From positions 32,540,213 through 32,604,212 of the forward strand of contig OZ234493.1 of the NCBI GenBank assembly GCA_965153455.1: DNA of 64,000 nt, read 5' to 3'. Below, piece after piece: positions 27,546 through 41,769 of this stretch. How positions within the stretch are numbered: position 1 is the first letter of the stretch; every line of letters begins with the position of its first letter. Source of the DNA: Sphagnum compactum (lineage: Eukaryota). Made by a program: the position numbers and the translations under genes. The notes under the pieces were generated by a model, which did no database searches, was not told the origin of the DNA, and saw nothing but the letters and a program-made list of their open reading frames with translations.

Positions 27546-28599
27546 CCTACCCACACATCATCATACCTACCTATGCATTTGCAAATTGTAGATTTCGATT
27601 GCAAAAATTATATCGTAAAATGTGGATATTGCAAAGGAGTTGTAACATTTATTTGTAGTTTGATTCAAACTCATGATGACGAAAACCATTGACCCCAAAT
27701 GTGGGTATTGCAATTGTAGGAATTTTTTGGGCAACAATCCTCTACCTCCACTTTGGACCATTTAATGCAACATGTACTTAATTTAATTAAGCAATAGATT
27801 TAATAAATTTTAAGTTGAAAAGACATCAAACATTTATGAATATTTGCAAAAATATTAATACTAATCAAAATCAATCCTAAGTTGGATTTTGGGGGGAAAT
27901 TTTCACATACAAATATTTGCAACAAGACTCATTTTATCTCTCTTGAAGGTGAATGAAGAAGGTTTCAAATTGGGCCCTCAAGTTGAAGTGAACACATTAA
28001 AGGTAAAAAAATAAACTCTTATTTCAATCATTTAATTTTTTTCTTTTCATTGTGTTTCAATTTTGATTCATCACACTCCTAGAAGATTATTTTGTATGAC
28101 ATCTGTATATGTCTATATAGTTATTAATTTTTATGACATTTACCATTAAAAATGTTTAGGTTTATATATAAATATTTTGGGGTAATTAATATTAAACTCT
28201 AAGGCTAATGTTTCCATTCATTAAAAATTTAGTGGATTAACTTTAAAATTCAAAACATAATTGTTATAAAAAATTTATGTATTCCATTTGTATCGATTTG
28301 TATAATTATTAAGGTGAAAGCATCTACCATTATGATTAATTAGGGTTTTAAGTTTAAGGGTTTAATGAAATGTGTGTTGATTTATTTAGGTTGTGTTTTC
28401 AAATCAAACTACAACTCCTTTGAACATGACATCATCCTTTAACATCAATGGTATGATATTTTTCTCAATCATTTTATTTATTTTTTATTGTTTTGTTTTT
28501 AATTTAGGGAAATCAATATCCTTAGATGGTTTTAACATGGTCATCAAATTCTACTAAGAATGTTTCATGTTTGATATATGGATTTAGCATTTTGGCCTC

Positions 28600-29140
28600 C
28601 CATAAATAGTGTGGATTTAAGGGATTCATAATGTTAATATATTGCATTTTGCCACCCATGTATGTAGTGTACATGTTTAAATTTTCATGCAAGTATTACG
28701 TTTATCTCTCTCATATATAGTGTGGATTAAGGTCATGATGTGGGTATTGCATTTTGCCCCCACATATAATGTGCATCTTTAAATTATCGTGCAAGTATTG
28801 CATTTCCTTCTCCCACATATTATGTGAATTAGGGCCATAATGTGAGTATTAAATTTTGCCCCCATATATAGTGTGCATCTTTAAATTTTCATGTAAGTAT
28901 TGCATTTCTTTTTCCCATTATAATGTGAATTAGGGCCACAATTTGAGTCTTGCATTTTGTCGCCACATACAATGTGCATCTTTAAATTGTCATGCATATA
29001 TTGCATTTCCTTCTCCCATATATAATGTGGGTATTGCATTTTGCCCTCACATATAGTGTGCATTTTTAAATTGTCATGTAGGTATTGCATTCTTCTCTTT
29101 CATAAATAATGTAGTTTGTTAACCGTCATGTGAGTATTAA
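28600..29140. repeat. Degenerate ~100-bp tandem repeat (GTATTGCATTTTGCCCCCACATAT...GTGCATCTTTAAATT)
   Basis: About five diverged copies visible. Confidence 0.8.
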
Positions 29141-29459
29141 ATTTAGATTGTTTATAAATAACATGGATTAAAAATAAACTTGCAAGTATTACAATTTCAA
29201 ATTTACAAATATGGCCACATACCATATCATGTATTTTCCATATTTAACCTTATGATATTTATGTCTATGATTGTATAAGGTTTAGATGAAGGATAGAAAT
29301 CAAGTACTTGGAACATGTACATTTGCATTAATATTGAATTTGACAATTAACATTTTATTGAAGGTATTGCAAGTATAAAATTTTGGACCTTAACATCAAT
29401 TTATCGTCTTTTTTTTGTATAATCAGTTCAAGGCATAATTTCAAACATGGGTTGTGCTT

Positions 29460-32400
29460 CAAAATCTCAATCTATTGATATCCAAAACCCAAGGAGGTCA
29501 CCCTTTAACAACATGGACTTGGTGTGGACAAAAGATATTTGACATGGAAAGGCACATATAATCAAGGTAAAATGTTCATAGATCTCACATGCACGATTGT
29601 TAAAATTTCTAAATGGTGAACAAATCCATGAAGATTCCCCAATGGAGTGAAGCACTTATAAACAAGTAACCCCACAAGAAAATGTAAAAATGCCGAAAAT
29701 CCAAAACCACATTGGCCATATTTGGTATGATGTTATATTATTCACTTTTGTTATATGGTTGTTTTTTTAATTTCATATTGTACCCAACCATAGGTCCTAA
29801 ATTGTTTGCACATTTTGTAAATGTGCGTGTGGGTATGGACCGGAAGACAGTCATGGACATTCAAACCATCATCAATCCATTAATCAAGGTTGTTTAGTTC
29901 AATTTTTGATCAAATGATTGTACACATTACCACCAACCACATACACGGGCCAATGGTGAGCTTGTGCATGGCAAACATAACTTTGATTCCATTGCACAAC
30001 CATCTTTGTTTGCCCCACAAATGTCACAAGCACTAAAGGATCACATTTGGACTAAATTGGGTTTAAGTTACACCATCAAACAACTATATGACAAACATAA
30101 AGCAATATGGTGGGTTAGAATCAATGTAAGAGAAACGATGACAAGGGACGATTTCATTAGGCAACAAGACATTGTTTACTTGGATCGCAAACACAAAAGA
30201 GGGAACTAATTTACACAAAATCCAACCATTTCCTTTCACACATGGGCATTTAATCATCCAAATAAAGTGTTTTATTTTCAAAATGCAAGTCAAATTAATG
30301 AGATTCATGTCCCATTCACAATAAGGATACAAAGCCCATCTTAATTGTAATCCATGGTTTCATTAGGTGACAATGGGGCAATCTCAATGGATGCCACCTT
30401 TGGCACCAATGATGTGAAATTTCACTTGTTCACATTGATGGTGTTTGATGCACATAACACTAGAGTGCCGATTGCATGGATCATCACAAGCCGCCAAACA
30501 TGCCATGATTCGGTGGAGTGATTAATTCCTTTGAAAACAAAGCTTCTAAAGAAGTAACCTAAGTGGAAACCTTCATGTTTTCATTGGTGATGAGGTTCCA
30601 CAAGAATTATGAACATTATGGTGAATTTTAGTTTCATTCTACCTTTTTTTAGTTTGTACGTACATGCAACCATTTCAAAACTTTATCCCACATTTTCCAT
30701 TGTAGATAATGTTATTAGTTGAAATATGAATAAATTGGTATTTTTATGCATGGTTAGGATGGCGTGAGGCAATGATTAAGTGCCCATTTACCTTTGCGCA
30801 TTGCATGTTTTAAAGGCTTCGTGCTTATGTTCGATGGAAAAAATTAAGGACAATGGGGTGTGACATGCAATATTGGATGATCTTCACACTATCATGTACA
30901 TGCCCATTGAACCAAGTGAAAACATTGAAGGCTTCATGACTTGTGGGAGAAACAAGGTCATTGAAAGCTTCACCCAACATTTACCTAGTGAGTCATGGAT
31001 TTGGAACTTTTGAATTTATTATTTCCAAATTGGTACGTGAATTAACTCTCAATGCACTATTGGTTTTCCACCATGCTATGCATATCCCATAATATTTATC
31101 CTTAAATTAAAGTAGAAAGACCAATGATCCGAACAATCCCATGTGGGTATTGTGTATCTCGTTGTAGATTTACAAATGATGACATTATAAGAAAAACATG
31201 TAATTTTGACTTGTCTTTGCAACTAAATTTTAATTGCAAATGACATTTGTGACTAAAATCTCCTAATCGCCTAAGACAAGTCGCATACGATATTAATCGC
31301 AAACGACAAAAGGTATTGGAAGAAAGAAAAAGTCAACAAATACAAATTCATCTTTTGACTCCATTATATACGTATTGTCACATAGGACTAATGTGTAATT
31401 ATTTTGGTCACAATTGAAGGCAAATGATGTGTTGCCACATGTCCCAATATTTATTTTAAAAAATAATAATTATTGTTATTATTTTGAAATAATCTAAGAT
31501 GTTTAATACAAATGTTTGGATGATCTTTACTGTAACATGTGGCCCAATGTAAATATGCCACATTAAGTATTATATAATTACATTTATTGTTGTAAAAACT
31601 CTTATAGGTCAGGTTTTTTTTCTATTGGTAATTATTACCTATAAATAAAATAATTTACTAAACATAACACTAGTTTTACAACAAAATTAATATAAAAATA
31701 TTTATCATAGATGATTGATTACATAATTCTAAAAAATAAAATAAAATATGGTATATAATTCCTGAAATTAAAATGATTAAAATAAATATTTTAACTACAT
31801 TATAATGTTTCAAGAATTTAATTCAGATTTAAAGTTATGAATTACAATTTTTAAATAACTATGTTCAATTAGAAAATAATTATGCAGATAATAATTAATT
31901 TTTATCTGAAGTAGTTACAATGATTTTCAAGTAATGTAACATTAATTAAAATAATTAGTTTCTTTTACTGTAAGAATATAAATTATATAATATAAAGATC
32001 TACGTTATAACAATAATAATTTAGCGTAACTTATAGTTAATAAAAATTATTATTTATAAATTTTCTTTAAGTGATTTATTATGGATAACACTAATAGATA
32101 AAACCCTTCAAACTCAATCAATAATTTTTTGAATTAAAATATAAATTTTTGATTCCAAAAAAACATTCAGAATTCAAATATCGATTTTTAGATCATATAA
32201 TTTTTTCGAAGTTGAATAAAAAAGTTCAGAATTGAAATGTCAATTTTCAGATTCAAATAAATATATTCAAAATTGAAATGTCCAATTTTACACTCAAGTA
32301 ATAATTTTCTGAATTGAAATATTAATTTTGAGAATTCAAAATAATATTTGGAATTGAAATTAAACTTTCAAGTCAAATAATTTCTTAAAATTGAAATTTA

Positions 32401-34130
32401 AAAACTCAAAATTGAAATATCAATTTTCAAATTCAAATTCAAATATTCAAAATCAAAATGTCAATTTTAGACTCAATTATGACTTTTTGAATTGAACAAC
32501 TAATTTTAAGATGCAAAAATAATAATTTAGAATTCAAATATCAATTTTTAGATCAAATAAGTTTTTAAAATTTAAATCAAAGAATCCAGAATATCAATTT
32601 TCAGATTCAAATAATAGTATTAAAAATTGAAATGTCCATTTTTAGACTTAATTATTAATTTTCAGAATTGATGTATTGATTTTGAAAATCCAAAATAATA
32701 ATTCAAAATTAAAATTTCAAGGTTCAGATCAAATGATATATTTAAAATTTGAATTCAAAATTTTCTGGGTTGAAGTATAAATTTTAATATTCAAAATTGA
32801 AATACTAACCTTTTTATTGGAAAATAATAATTTAAAATACAAATATCAAGCTTCAAATCAAATAAGTTTTTTCAATTTAAATAGAATTGTTTTTATTCAA
32901 ATAAAATTTTCAAATTCCATAATTAAAAAAAGGTTTCGAATAACAAATTTCAAAATTGAAACATCGATTATAATGTTGAAATAAAATTTTCATAATCGGA
33001 ATTATAATTTTAGATTTAAATATATATTTTTGAATACAACTAACAATTTTATGACTTCATATCAAGATCTGAACCTTGATATTTCAAATTCAAATAATTT
33101 TTTAAAAATTTAAATATCATTTTGATAATTAAAATAACAAATTTCAGATGCAAAATATATAACTCAAAATTCAAGTAAGAAATTTCAGAATTTAAATATC
33201 AATTCTCATATTTGAATAATAAATTTTCAAAGTTTAAATATTAATTTTCATTTTCATTATATGAACAATATACATAGATATGCATATTTAATGTACACAC
33301 ACACACATATATAATTTTAGTACATACATAAAAATACACCCCTATGTCATCGTATAATACCTTTAGGATGCAACTAATTTGGTGACTATTGTGATTAATG
33401 GGACATATCAACTTATTAATGGATGAAAATAAACCTAAAATCCATCCAACCAATAGGATGATGTTTTCCAATATTTGTCTCATAGTTGTGAAAATGACCA
33501 AAATAGTTGAAATTTGGTATTGTAGTTGCAATACTGCCAAATTTAGTTGTAAACGACAACAAGTTGCATGTAGTTGCAAACATAGTGATTACATTTTGGC
33601 TAATTTTTAATGTGGGGTTTCGACAAATGCAACATTCAAACCAGAACACACAAACATCAATTGAGTTTTACCATGGAACATTGAAACGTTGTTTCTCTTT
33701 GGAAACAAAAAGGTTTTGAGGTCAACAAATTGATTCGTTAATATGAAGATTCACAACAATAGTTGCAAGACACTACATGCACACGGCCGAAATGAAGAAA
33801 CACATGTTTATTAAATATAAGTTTGTGGAACACATTGTTAATGTAAGAAGGCCGCATTAATCCTTCACACCCATGTCACCCATGGGATGGATGATTTGAA
33901 CGAGCCAACATGGATGGTATGGAGGCAACAACATTTGAATATGACATACAAGGTCTCACTTCCTTTCACCATGTATGCACATGTGAATGGGCATTGCATG
34001 AAAACTTGTGTAAACATCAAATTATTGTTTTTCTTACATGTACCAATCTCATTAAAATATATATCATTCAATATTGTAGGACGTGGTATGGATTTGATCA
34101 TGGAGGTTTTGCTACCATGTTTGCAAACCC
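29460..34130 (+). mobile_element. Decayed MULE-type transposase with SWIM zinc finger, intron-containing, split by a nested insertion
   Basis: Fragments: TRDDFIRQQDI; SMVSLGDNGAISMDATFGTNDVKFHLFTLMVFDAHNTRVPIAWIITSRQT (MULE first catalytic Asp region, ~30350-30500); GFRQMQHSNQNTQTSIEFYHGTLKR (~33614-33690); CTCEWALHENLCKHQI (SWIM CxC...CKH, ~33975-34020). Many stops and frameshifts. Confidence 0.8.
31183..33612. mobile_element. Non-autonomous CACTA-like element nested in the MULE remnant, with an internal AT-rich minisatellite (~32100-33250)
   Basis: Ends CATTATAAGAAAAA ... TTTTTAATG, consistent with CACTACAAGAAAA...TAGTG after C>T decay. 3-bp flanks TGA/TGG. Subterminal inverted TTGCAACTAAATTT / AAATTTAGTTGTAA. 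Removing it restores the MULE frame (..ATG ATG GGG TTT CGA..). Confidence 0.6.
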
Positions 34131-34625
34131 TACCTATTTACACATGGTGCTTACAATGTTTGGGGAACGACCCATTCCTTGGGCATTTACGCACACAAAT
34201 AACATCCCCTATTATTTGGGTCTCTCAGAAGACTAACTATTGGGCCTAGGGGCCAACGTTGTCAAATGCCAAAAAATAATTAATTAATTAGTTAAATAAA
34301 TAAAATATCATGCATTTTGGTAATGGAAAATTTACTAAATGGGAAAATTCAAAAGAAGTAAAGAAGCGAGGCCTTCCACTAAACATACCATATGTATGAA
34401 GTTTCAAATTTTTTAAGATAAAATGTGTCCCAAAAAATCTGAATATAGCCTAATATATAGTAATTGATGTAGCCTAAATTATATATATATACCCTAATCT
34501 GAACCCAAGCAAAAAAAAGAAAAAAAGACAAATGAGGCAAAACAAAGGAGATCGAATGGCCCTGATCATGCCATCTGACAACCTATCTCAAGCCACGAAT
34601 ACAAGGGACAAACAGTAGTAGAAGG

Positions 34626-35125
34626 GCCAGGTGAATTGAACCTTCCGTTACCGGTGGTCACCGGTCAAGTACACGCCACAAAAGGTGGGGTCCCTGGAGG
34701 GGGCTTTTGAAGGGTTGTTTTTGGAGTACTTGATTTATCCGGTCATTTCGTAGAGGAGCCAGGTGAATTGAACCTTCCGTTACCGGTGGTCGCCGGTCAA
34801 TTACACCGCCACAAGTAAATGGCCGGGGAGTGGGGGGGCCTCTTAAACGTTTTTACCGAGCCAAGCGATCTGGTGTAGTTCATATCCGGTAATTTCGTGG
34901 AAAGCCAAGTGAATTGAACCTGCTGTCACCGGCGGTCACCGGTCAATTACACCGCCACAAGTAACCAGAGAAGTTGGGGGCCGGAGGGGGTCTCTAAATA
35001 CCTTTTTTTTTACCAAGCCAAGAGATTTCCGGTGTACGTATTTAATTCTCCGGTGATTTCGTACAAGAGCGAGGTGAATCGAACCTTCTGTTACCGGCGT
35101 TCACCGGTCAATTACACGGCCGCAT
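34626..35125. repeat. GC-rich 4-unit tandem array upstream of GILT
   Basis: Core GCCAGGTGAATTGAACCTTCCGTTACCGGTGGTCACCGGTCAATTACACCGCCACA at 34626, 34758, 34904, 35069 (periods 132, 146, 165 bp). Confidence 0.85.
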
Positions 35126-35456
35126 TTAAACCCGGCGGGTAGGGGGAGGGTGGGCAGGTTCAATACTTCTTATTCTTACCAGCCAATATAGATCCGGCAG
35201 TGATTTGTTTCATACCCGGAAAGTAATAAATTTCGCTACTTACGATTTCTTTATAACTAACTTGAGGTTAAGCTTGTTATACCAACCCAAAAAAAAAACT
35301 GGCACACGTGTGTAGATCCTAGCTGTTGGATTGTGACGTGGACTGTATGATTACCGTCGGATTGGGAGTAGGCCAAGGAAGAAGCTGAGGATCTGATAAA
35401 ACCGGACACAAGAGAAGAGTCCCTTCTCTTTCTGTGGACTGACGAACACAGAAGAC

Positions 35457-35490
<34 letters not shown>

Positions 35491-35552
35491 CAGGCACAGA
35501 TTTGCAAAAGTGTGTAGGATTCTTCTTCTTGCTTCCCACTACTACTACTACC

Positions 35553-38500
35553 ATGGCTCGTTTTCTACAGATTTGGAGCACTTCCATGCTCCTCCTTGTC
35601 CTCATGATCCTGCCTGCTGTTCAAGGTATTCACGAAACTGGCTTTCAGCTCTTACAGGATCTGTTTTCATCTCCTTTTTTGGTGAAGTTTCGAGGAGGTT
35701 CTAAGGCTGTCGTATGCTTTGGCCAAAGGTTTTTTTTTTGGTTTTTTTGGGGGTTGAATTTTTCCTTCCTCATGCATTTTGTTGATAGTAATATCTTCTA
35801 GATCAAAAGACGTTGGAATATCTCTCTCTCTTTCTGTCTGTCTGTATCTTTTGTTGGTTATAAACTTCTAGATTGAAGGTTTTCTAGAGAAGATTTTTGG
35901 CCTGTGTTGTTTTCAATAGTTTAGTCTTATCGTTTGGTTTGGACTTTGGACCATTCCTGGTTTGTGTATGTAACCAGATTCCAACGAAATCTTGTAAATC
36001 TGAATGTGTTTAGGGTTTTCTTCCTTCTCTGAATGACTTGATTTCAGCTTCGTGACATCTCTTGAAATGAATTGGATTTTTTAATTTATTTTTCGCCATT
36101 TATACTTTTGGTTTTTTCTTTTGGGGGGGCCAAGTGTTGTTGGTATGCAGACAGATCACTACAGTGCCTGGAAAAAACAAAAACATGGTTTTAGTAGGGG
36201 TTAAGGTTTTTTCTTAGATTTTGGAGCCTGGTCTGTGGCTAGGCCTGCAGTTATTTTTCCTCTTACTGCTTGATCTATTCAACTTGATTTAAGGAAAAAA
36301 GAAGTTATAGATCGTGAGGACTTTGAATCCATGGATTGAGAATGCATACCTGATCCATGTGTGTCTGATCTTTGTTGGTGGCCACTTTGCACTTTTCAAG
36401 TGTTTGTTGCTACTAACCTGCATCTGGTGCAAGTGATTTGATACAGAGATTTGGCAGTACATTTTTTGTAGTTTTAGATTGGTTGGAGCATTCCTATTAG
36501 CTTTAAGATTGATCCCTAGTGTAGCAGAAATGGCTTTTATGCAGTCTTTACTGATAGCTCATTTATATATAGCTAGCTAACAATAGTTGTTGCCTGGATT
36601 GACAATCAGGTGTTGAGAAAGTGAAGGTGGAGTTGTACTCAGAATCCTTGTGCCCATATTGTGCAAATTTCATCATCAATTATCTCAACCCATTCTTCAA
36701 CAATGGGCTCATTGACATTGTGGAGTTGCGGATCATCCCATATGGAAATGCTCATATCCATGCGGATGGCTCTCTCACTTGTCAGGTACTTTTCCTCTCG
36801 TCTTGGAAATTGGATATAGTAACATTCAGCTTTCCATGAATTTGCCTTTTCCAAGGAAGCCAGGTCTTTGTTTCATATTTATTGAAAGATGTTGCTTGAG
36901 GTTGGTGGATTCCTGTAGCACATTACTTTGCCATTTTAGTGACAGAAAACTCAGTCCTCTGAAGTCCTGCAGAAATTGTTCTTGAGGCAGTGAGTGATAG
37001 TCTAGTGTATAGGAAGAAGATTTCACCTTAAATTGTATATTGTAGTGTTGCATCTCTCTAAGAGATATTCTGTCCTGACACAATCTGCGGTTTATGAATC
37101 TGGATGATTAAGCCAAATCTTCATCTTTCTGAAAAGAAGAACGGAATTAGAGAGCATTCCAGCTGCAGAACACAGTGACCAAAAGCTAAGGTAAAAGAAG
37201 ATTTAGCGCAGAGATTATATTGCACACAAGGGGATGAAGCTGACGACCCCAAATGTTGATTGGTCCCTGGTTGCATCCACTCAATGTTTTCTAAGACTAA
37301 ACAGGATTAGCCAAGCTGAAAACTGGAATGTTCATTAGTAATTCACATAAAGCTGTGGTAATGATCTGATTAGTGATAAATTTATCCATTCTGGGTTTTG
37401 GGACAGCATGGACAAGATGAGTGCTACTTGAATATTATTCAAACATGTGCTATCCGCCTTTGGCCAAAAGTGGTACTGATTCTTTTACCCTTCTTTTCTT
37501 CCCAAAAGCTGTCATCTTCTGAGCCTTTTTGCTGCTGCAGTTTTGTTCTTTCTTAATGAAGAAGCAATCAGAACATTTGCTATATAATTTCTGTATGGTG
37601 GATTCTTTAGTAATGTGTGTAGTACAATTGGTAGGTGTCATTTTCTTGTTCTGAGGATTACCAAGTTGAATCTTGGATTGTCTACAATTCCCAGATTAAC
37701 CAGTATTGAATAATTATGTAAGTATCACCTAAGTTTGTTTTAGTTCTGGGTAGCTGCTTTCAAGAATTTTGGTCAGGTATATTGTATGCTTTAGGTGGCT
37801 TTAAGCAAGAATGTAAGGACATTCTGAGTTTGTTTTATGTCTGGTGGCAGACGGACTGGTTCCCTTTCATTTATTGTCTGGAAAAGCTCCCCAGGGCAAC
37901 AGCAGCTCAGGATTGGAAGTCATGTGTGGAACCTTCGCACCTTGACCTTGCCCCTCTTCTTGAATGCTCAGCAAGTCCTTTGGGGGAAAAGGTACACAGT
38001 TGGATCTTGAATCTTTTTCAACAGGTTCTCTGGGTATAGGGTTTAGTGTTTATTGTTTTTGTTTGCCAAGAGATCATTGGTGTTTTATTGGCTCCTTACT
38101 CTTCATGTTGCAGGAAGATGGCCCACATAATCAATGAGCTAGTAAAGTAAAATCTACAGTATCCTCTCCCAAGATGGAGTGACCAGAAAATATGGTTGTG
38201 AGTAATGATCTGAGTTGTTCAAGCCATTCTATTCAATCTGGATGGGTTCACTATCCAGCTGTCCTGGACCTTTGTACTCAAAGCTTTGAACGTGCAATTG
38301 GTTTTGAGCTGATTTAAAGGCATTTTACATTGACAACTACATTTTCACAATTATGAATAAAAGAAAGGTGACAATGATGGGTGACTATTGATTGGCAGCT
38401 GGAGCTGGAATTTGCAGCTGAAACAGACAGGTTGCAACCACCGCACAAATATGTTCCATGGGTGCTTGTCAATGGCGAGCCTTTGTATGAGGTCTGTCTC

Positions 38501-39277
38501 TTTTTCTTTACTATGAATACCCACTAACAAGCCTATGCACAACCACAGACTGTACACATCACTTCCATGGTTAAATGCTGTAGTGAACTACAGCTGACCC
38601 ATGACCATGCCTATGTGCCATTCACAGCTTCGCTACTGATACATGCTGTGACCTTGAACAGTCTGAGCACCATTTTTATCTCGGTGCCCCAACTATTGGG
38701 GGATATGGATTATGTCATCTTTATTTGAGTACATAGGATTCAAAAGTGTGATTCTTTATTTAGTTTGAGAGGATTCCAGAGCTTATGCACTGCATTGTTG
38801 AGCTCCAAGGTTTGTATGACCTGAGAGAAGCTTCTTCTGGCTCCAGAACTGACAGTGGTGTAGGTATGACCTGGCTGTCAGTCTGTCCTTATTAGGATCA
38901 AATCTAAATTCACAGGCTACTTACAGGTTTAGCATGATTGACTGTGTTTGGTTTGCGAAAACAGTTCTATGGATCCAGCTTTCAATTCTGATGTTATGTG
39001 AAACCACATGCCAACTTTGAACCCCTCGGTCAAGTACATTGTAGTGTCATCTTGGGAATTGGGTTCCTGTGAGTTTTCTTGGCTAAGTTAAGCACACGCA
39101 CTCATGCTTGAGTTGTTTTTGTGGCAGAATTATGAAGATGTTGCAATTTATGTTTGCAAAGACTATCAAGGAACCAAACCTGCAGTATGTTCAAGACTGT
39201 TACCCAGTGAGAGTTTGAAAATGAAGCAATCGGCTGATGCTTGCTACAAAACTGAGTCATTTCAAAACTTGGTGTGA
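35553..39277 (+). CDS. GILT: Gamma-interferon-inducible lysosomal thiol reductase (GILT) family protein, 6 exons, ~232 aa
   Basis: Exons 35553-35625, 36610-36785, 37407-37472, 37851-37991, 38399-38491, 39128-39277; all GT-AG and in frame (699 nt). Signal-peptide-like N-terminus, [13 protein letters not shown] (CxxC), [21 protein letters not shown] (GILT signature), YVPWVLVNG. (GA)n in the 5' leader. Confidence 0.95.
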
Positions 39278-41769
39278 GCCACATGCACGGCCCATGAAAC
39301 AGAACAAGAATTTGCTGACATGCAGGTCTTTGAAAACTCCTGCGAACTTCAGTTATTAACTTGAGAGTGGGATTTTTAGTGTTTGCACTGTACTTTACTG
39401 TCAGAGAGTTCCCATTTGCAGTTTTTTTGTGCTATTATAGTTCCTGAGTGCAAGTGTATAATGCAGCAAATGTAAGTTAACCCTGTGCTCTAGTCCCTGC
39501 AAATTGTAGAGGTATATAGGCTTTGTGATTTTGTCATTATTTAAGGCTGTCTCCTTGCCCTTTTCCTGTTACAGATGCATCTGTTTGTTTGCTACCTCTT
39601 CTATTTTCAAGCATTGCAACTTAGATTTTTTTAAAAAAAATTTATTTATGTTCTACATTTTTAATGTCAATTAAAGTTTTGCCTCTAATATACTACCCTA
39701 AGTGTAGTCTTTCTGGCTTACCAAAAGTTTGTAATGCACCAAATGTACTGTTTTCTGGCCAATTTTACTGAATTTGAATATCTTTGTAATTGCACATTTT
39801 CAAGCCTCAAGATACGGGTATGTCAAAAGCTTGCTTGCTTTGAACAATTTGTTAAGTTATTCATCTAAACAGGCAATAATGTCTGTAATGTATTATAACA
39901 TCATCACACTAGAACTCAAAATTTCTCCAACATGAAAGAAAGAACTTCCTCAATTTGAAGTGATTCTGAAAGGAACATCACAATCCTCATCATCATCTTC
40001 TTCTTCCTCTAGAATTCCTCCTCATTTTCTACCTCCCTCAGTAGAAGATTCAATTTCATATATTTGATTAATGATATCCTTGCACATCCCAAAGCTCCAA
40101 ATATGAACTACAATTGGAGAGTCTATTCCCTCCTTTGGTTCATATTTAACACAAGATAAGGCATCATACCTTTGTGATCCAATTAGGATTTTGCTATGAT
40201 ATGATTTCTTCTATTATGTTTGAAGTCGTGTCATTTTTAACTTTCTTTTGGGTCTTTATTCTTGTTTGCACCTACGCTTGAGATTGGACCTATTTAGGCT
40301 TGATATGCTAAATCGGTGAGGATTACCCTTGTACTTTTATCTAGAGGAGTTGTAATTTGGGCTCATCATGTTATATTAGTTAGATTCAAAAAGCAAGTTG
40401 TTCACACTATAATAGTTACTAGGTGACTAAATTTATCAAGGAAACTCTCTTGTTACTTCTTGTAATTATACCATTGATGATGCTAACAATGAAACAAATA
40501 CAACTTACCATTTGAATGAACTAGAACAATATTATGTTGCAAAGTGAAAAGTTATGACTAACTTTAGAGAACTTTCTAATGGAATTTTTTAAACATAGTC
40601 AAATAGGCAATTCATGAGTACAAGGTGCGAATAAGATACAAATTTGAGTGTATTCAGTCATTTTATCGATTAATTAATAATATCATAGTGCTACCTCTTC
40701 CAGAATAGAATGGTTACTTGGATGTGGCAAAGCAAAAGGAGATCTCAACCCCAATGTAAAACAAACATTGGAAACATGGTTGCATTTCTAGATTCCTTCC
40801 TCACCAAGCCTCAAACCCTAAAAAACATTAATGTAATAGTTGTACATTTATAACTAAACATGAAAGGTACAAATAAAAAAGCAAAAAAAATGAACTTGCA
40901 ATTGTTTGTGTATTTAATGTTCATTCTATTTGACATTTTCTTGAATGAAATTAAATTCTCATCCTCATGACATCCCTGTAATGGTCATTGAATAAGACAT
41001 GTATGCAAAATCCCAACATGAATCACCTTATTTTCCACATGCTATGGACTTTTGAAAATAATAATTAAATATTACTCTAAACAAAAGTCCATAATTCAAT
41101 ATTTCATGTGATATAATGCTATATATATATAATCATTACATTGTCTAAAATAAAACCAAGCCCCTAACAACTTTAAGATCCAATCATTGACTTTAATCAA
41201 AGTCCAATGATTTTTTTTCTCAATGTTTCATCTTAGAATTTCAACTTCAAAGGTCCATAACTTTTGCAATTTTATTCATTAAGCATCACAATCAATTGCC
41301 TTACATACATATTCAATTTTATATTCTAAAAAGTTCTTTAATGGCAAAACTAACATACATAGTAAAATGTAGCAATTGTAATCACACTCATTATAGAAAA
41401 ACTATCACAATGACACCAAAAATGGTCCACCTTACCATGCATTTGTCTTTGTGATAGCTGAAAAGGTTTGCAAGGTTTCTTAAGACTTTTATGTGCACAA
41501 TGAAATCGAAGTTTGATTGTGGGAAATCAAAGAAGGATTCATTACAATTCAACATCAATGTCATATCTAGTCAACCACCTCATTTGAACATACACAATTT
41601 TCCTTTGTTATCTCCAATTGAAGTACCCCCATCCACGAGTTTTTGTTCTCCTCCTCATGTTATTCAAAATCATAGTATAAGAAATCCTAGTTCAAGTTCT
41701 AAAAGCTTTAGCAATGGGTTGAGGTGAAAAATCAAGGTGATGAGCTTGATGTTGTTATACAAGAACAAG

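Noticed and set aside
34626-35125. CRISPR-like repeat-spacer array
   Set aside because: The linkers are homologous to one another, long and variable in length; this is a degenerate tandem repeat.
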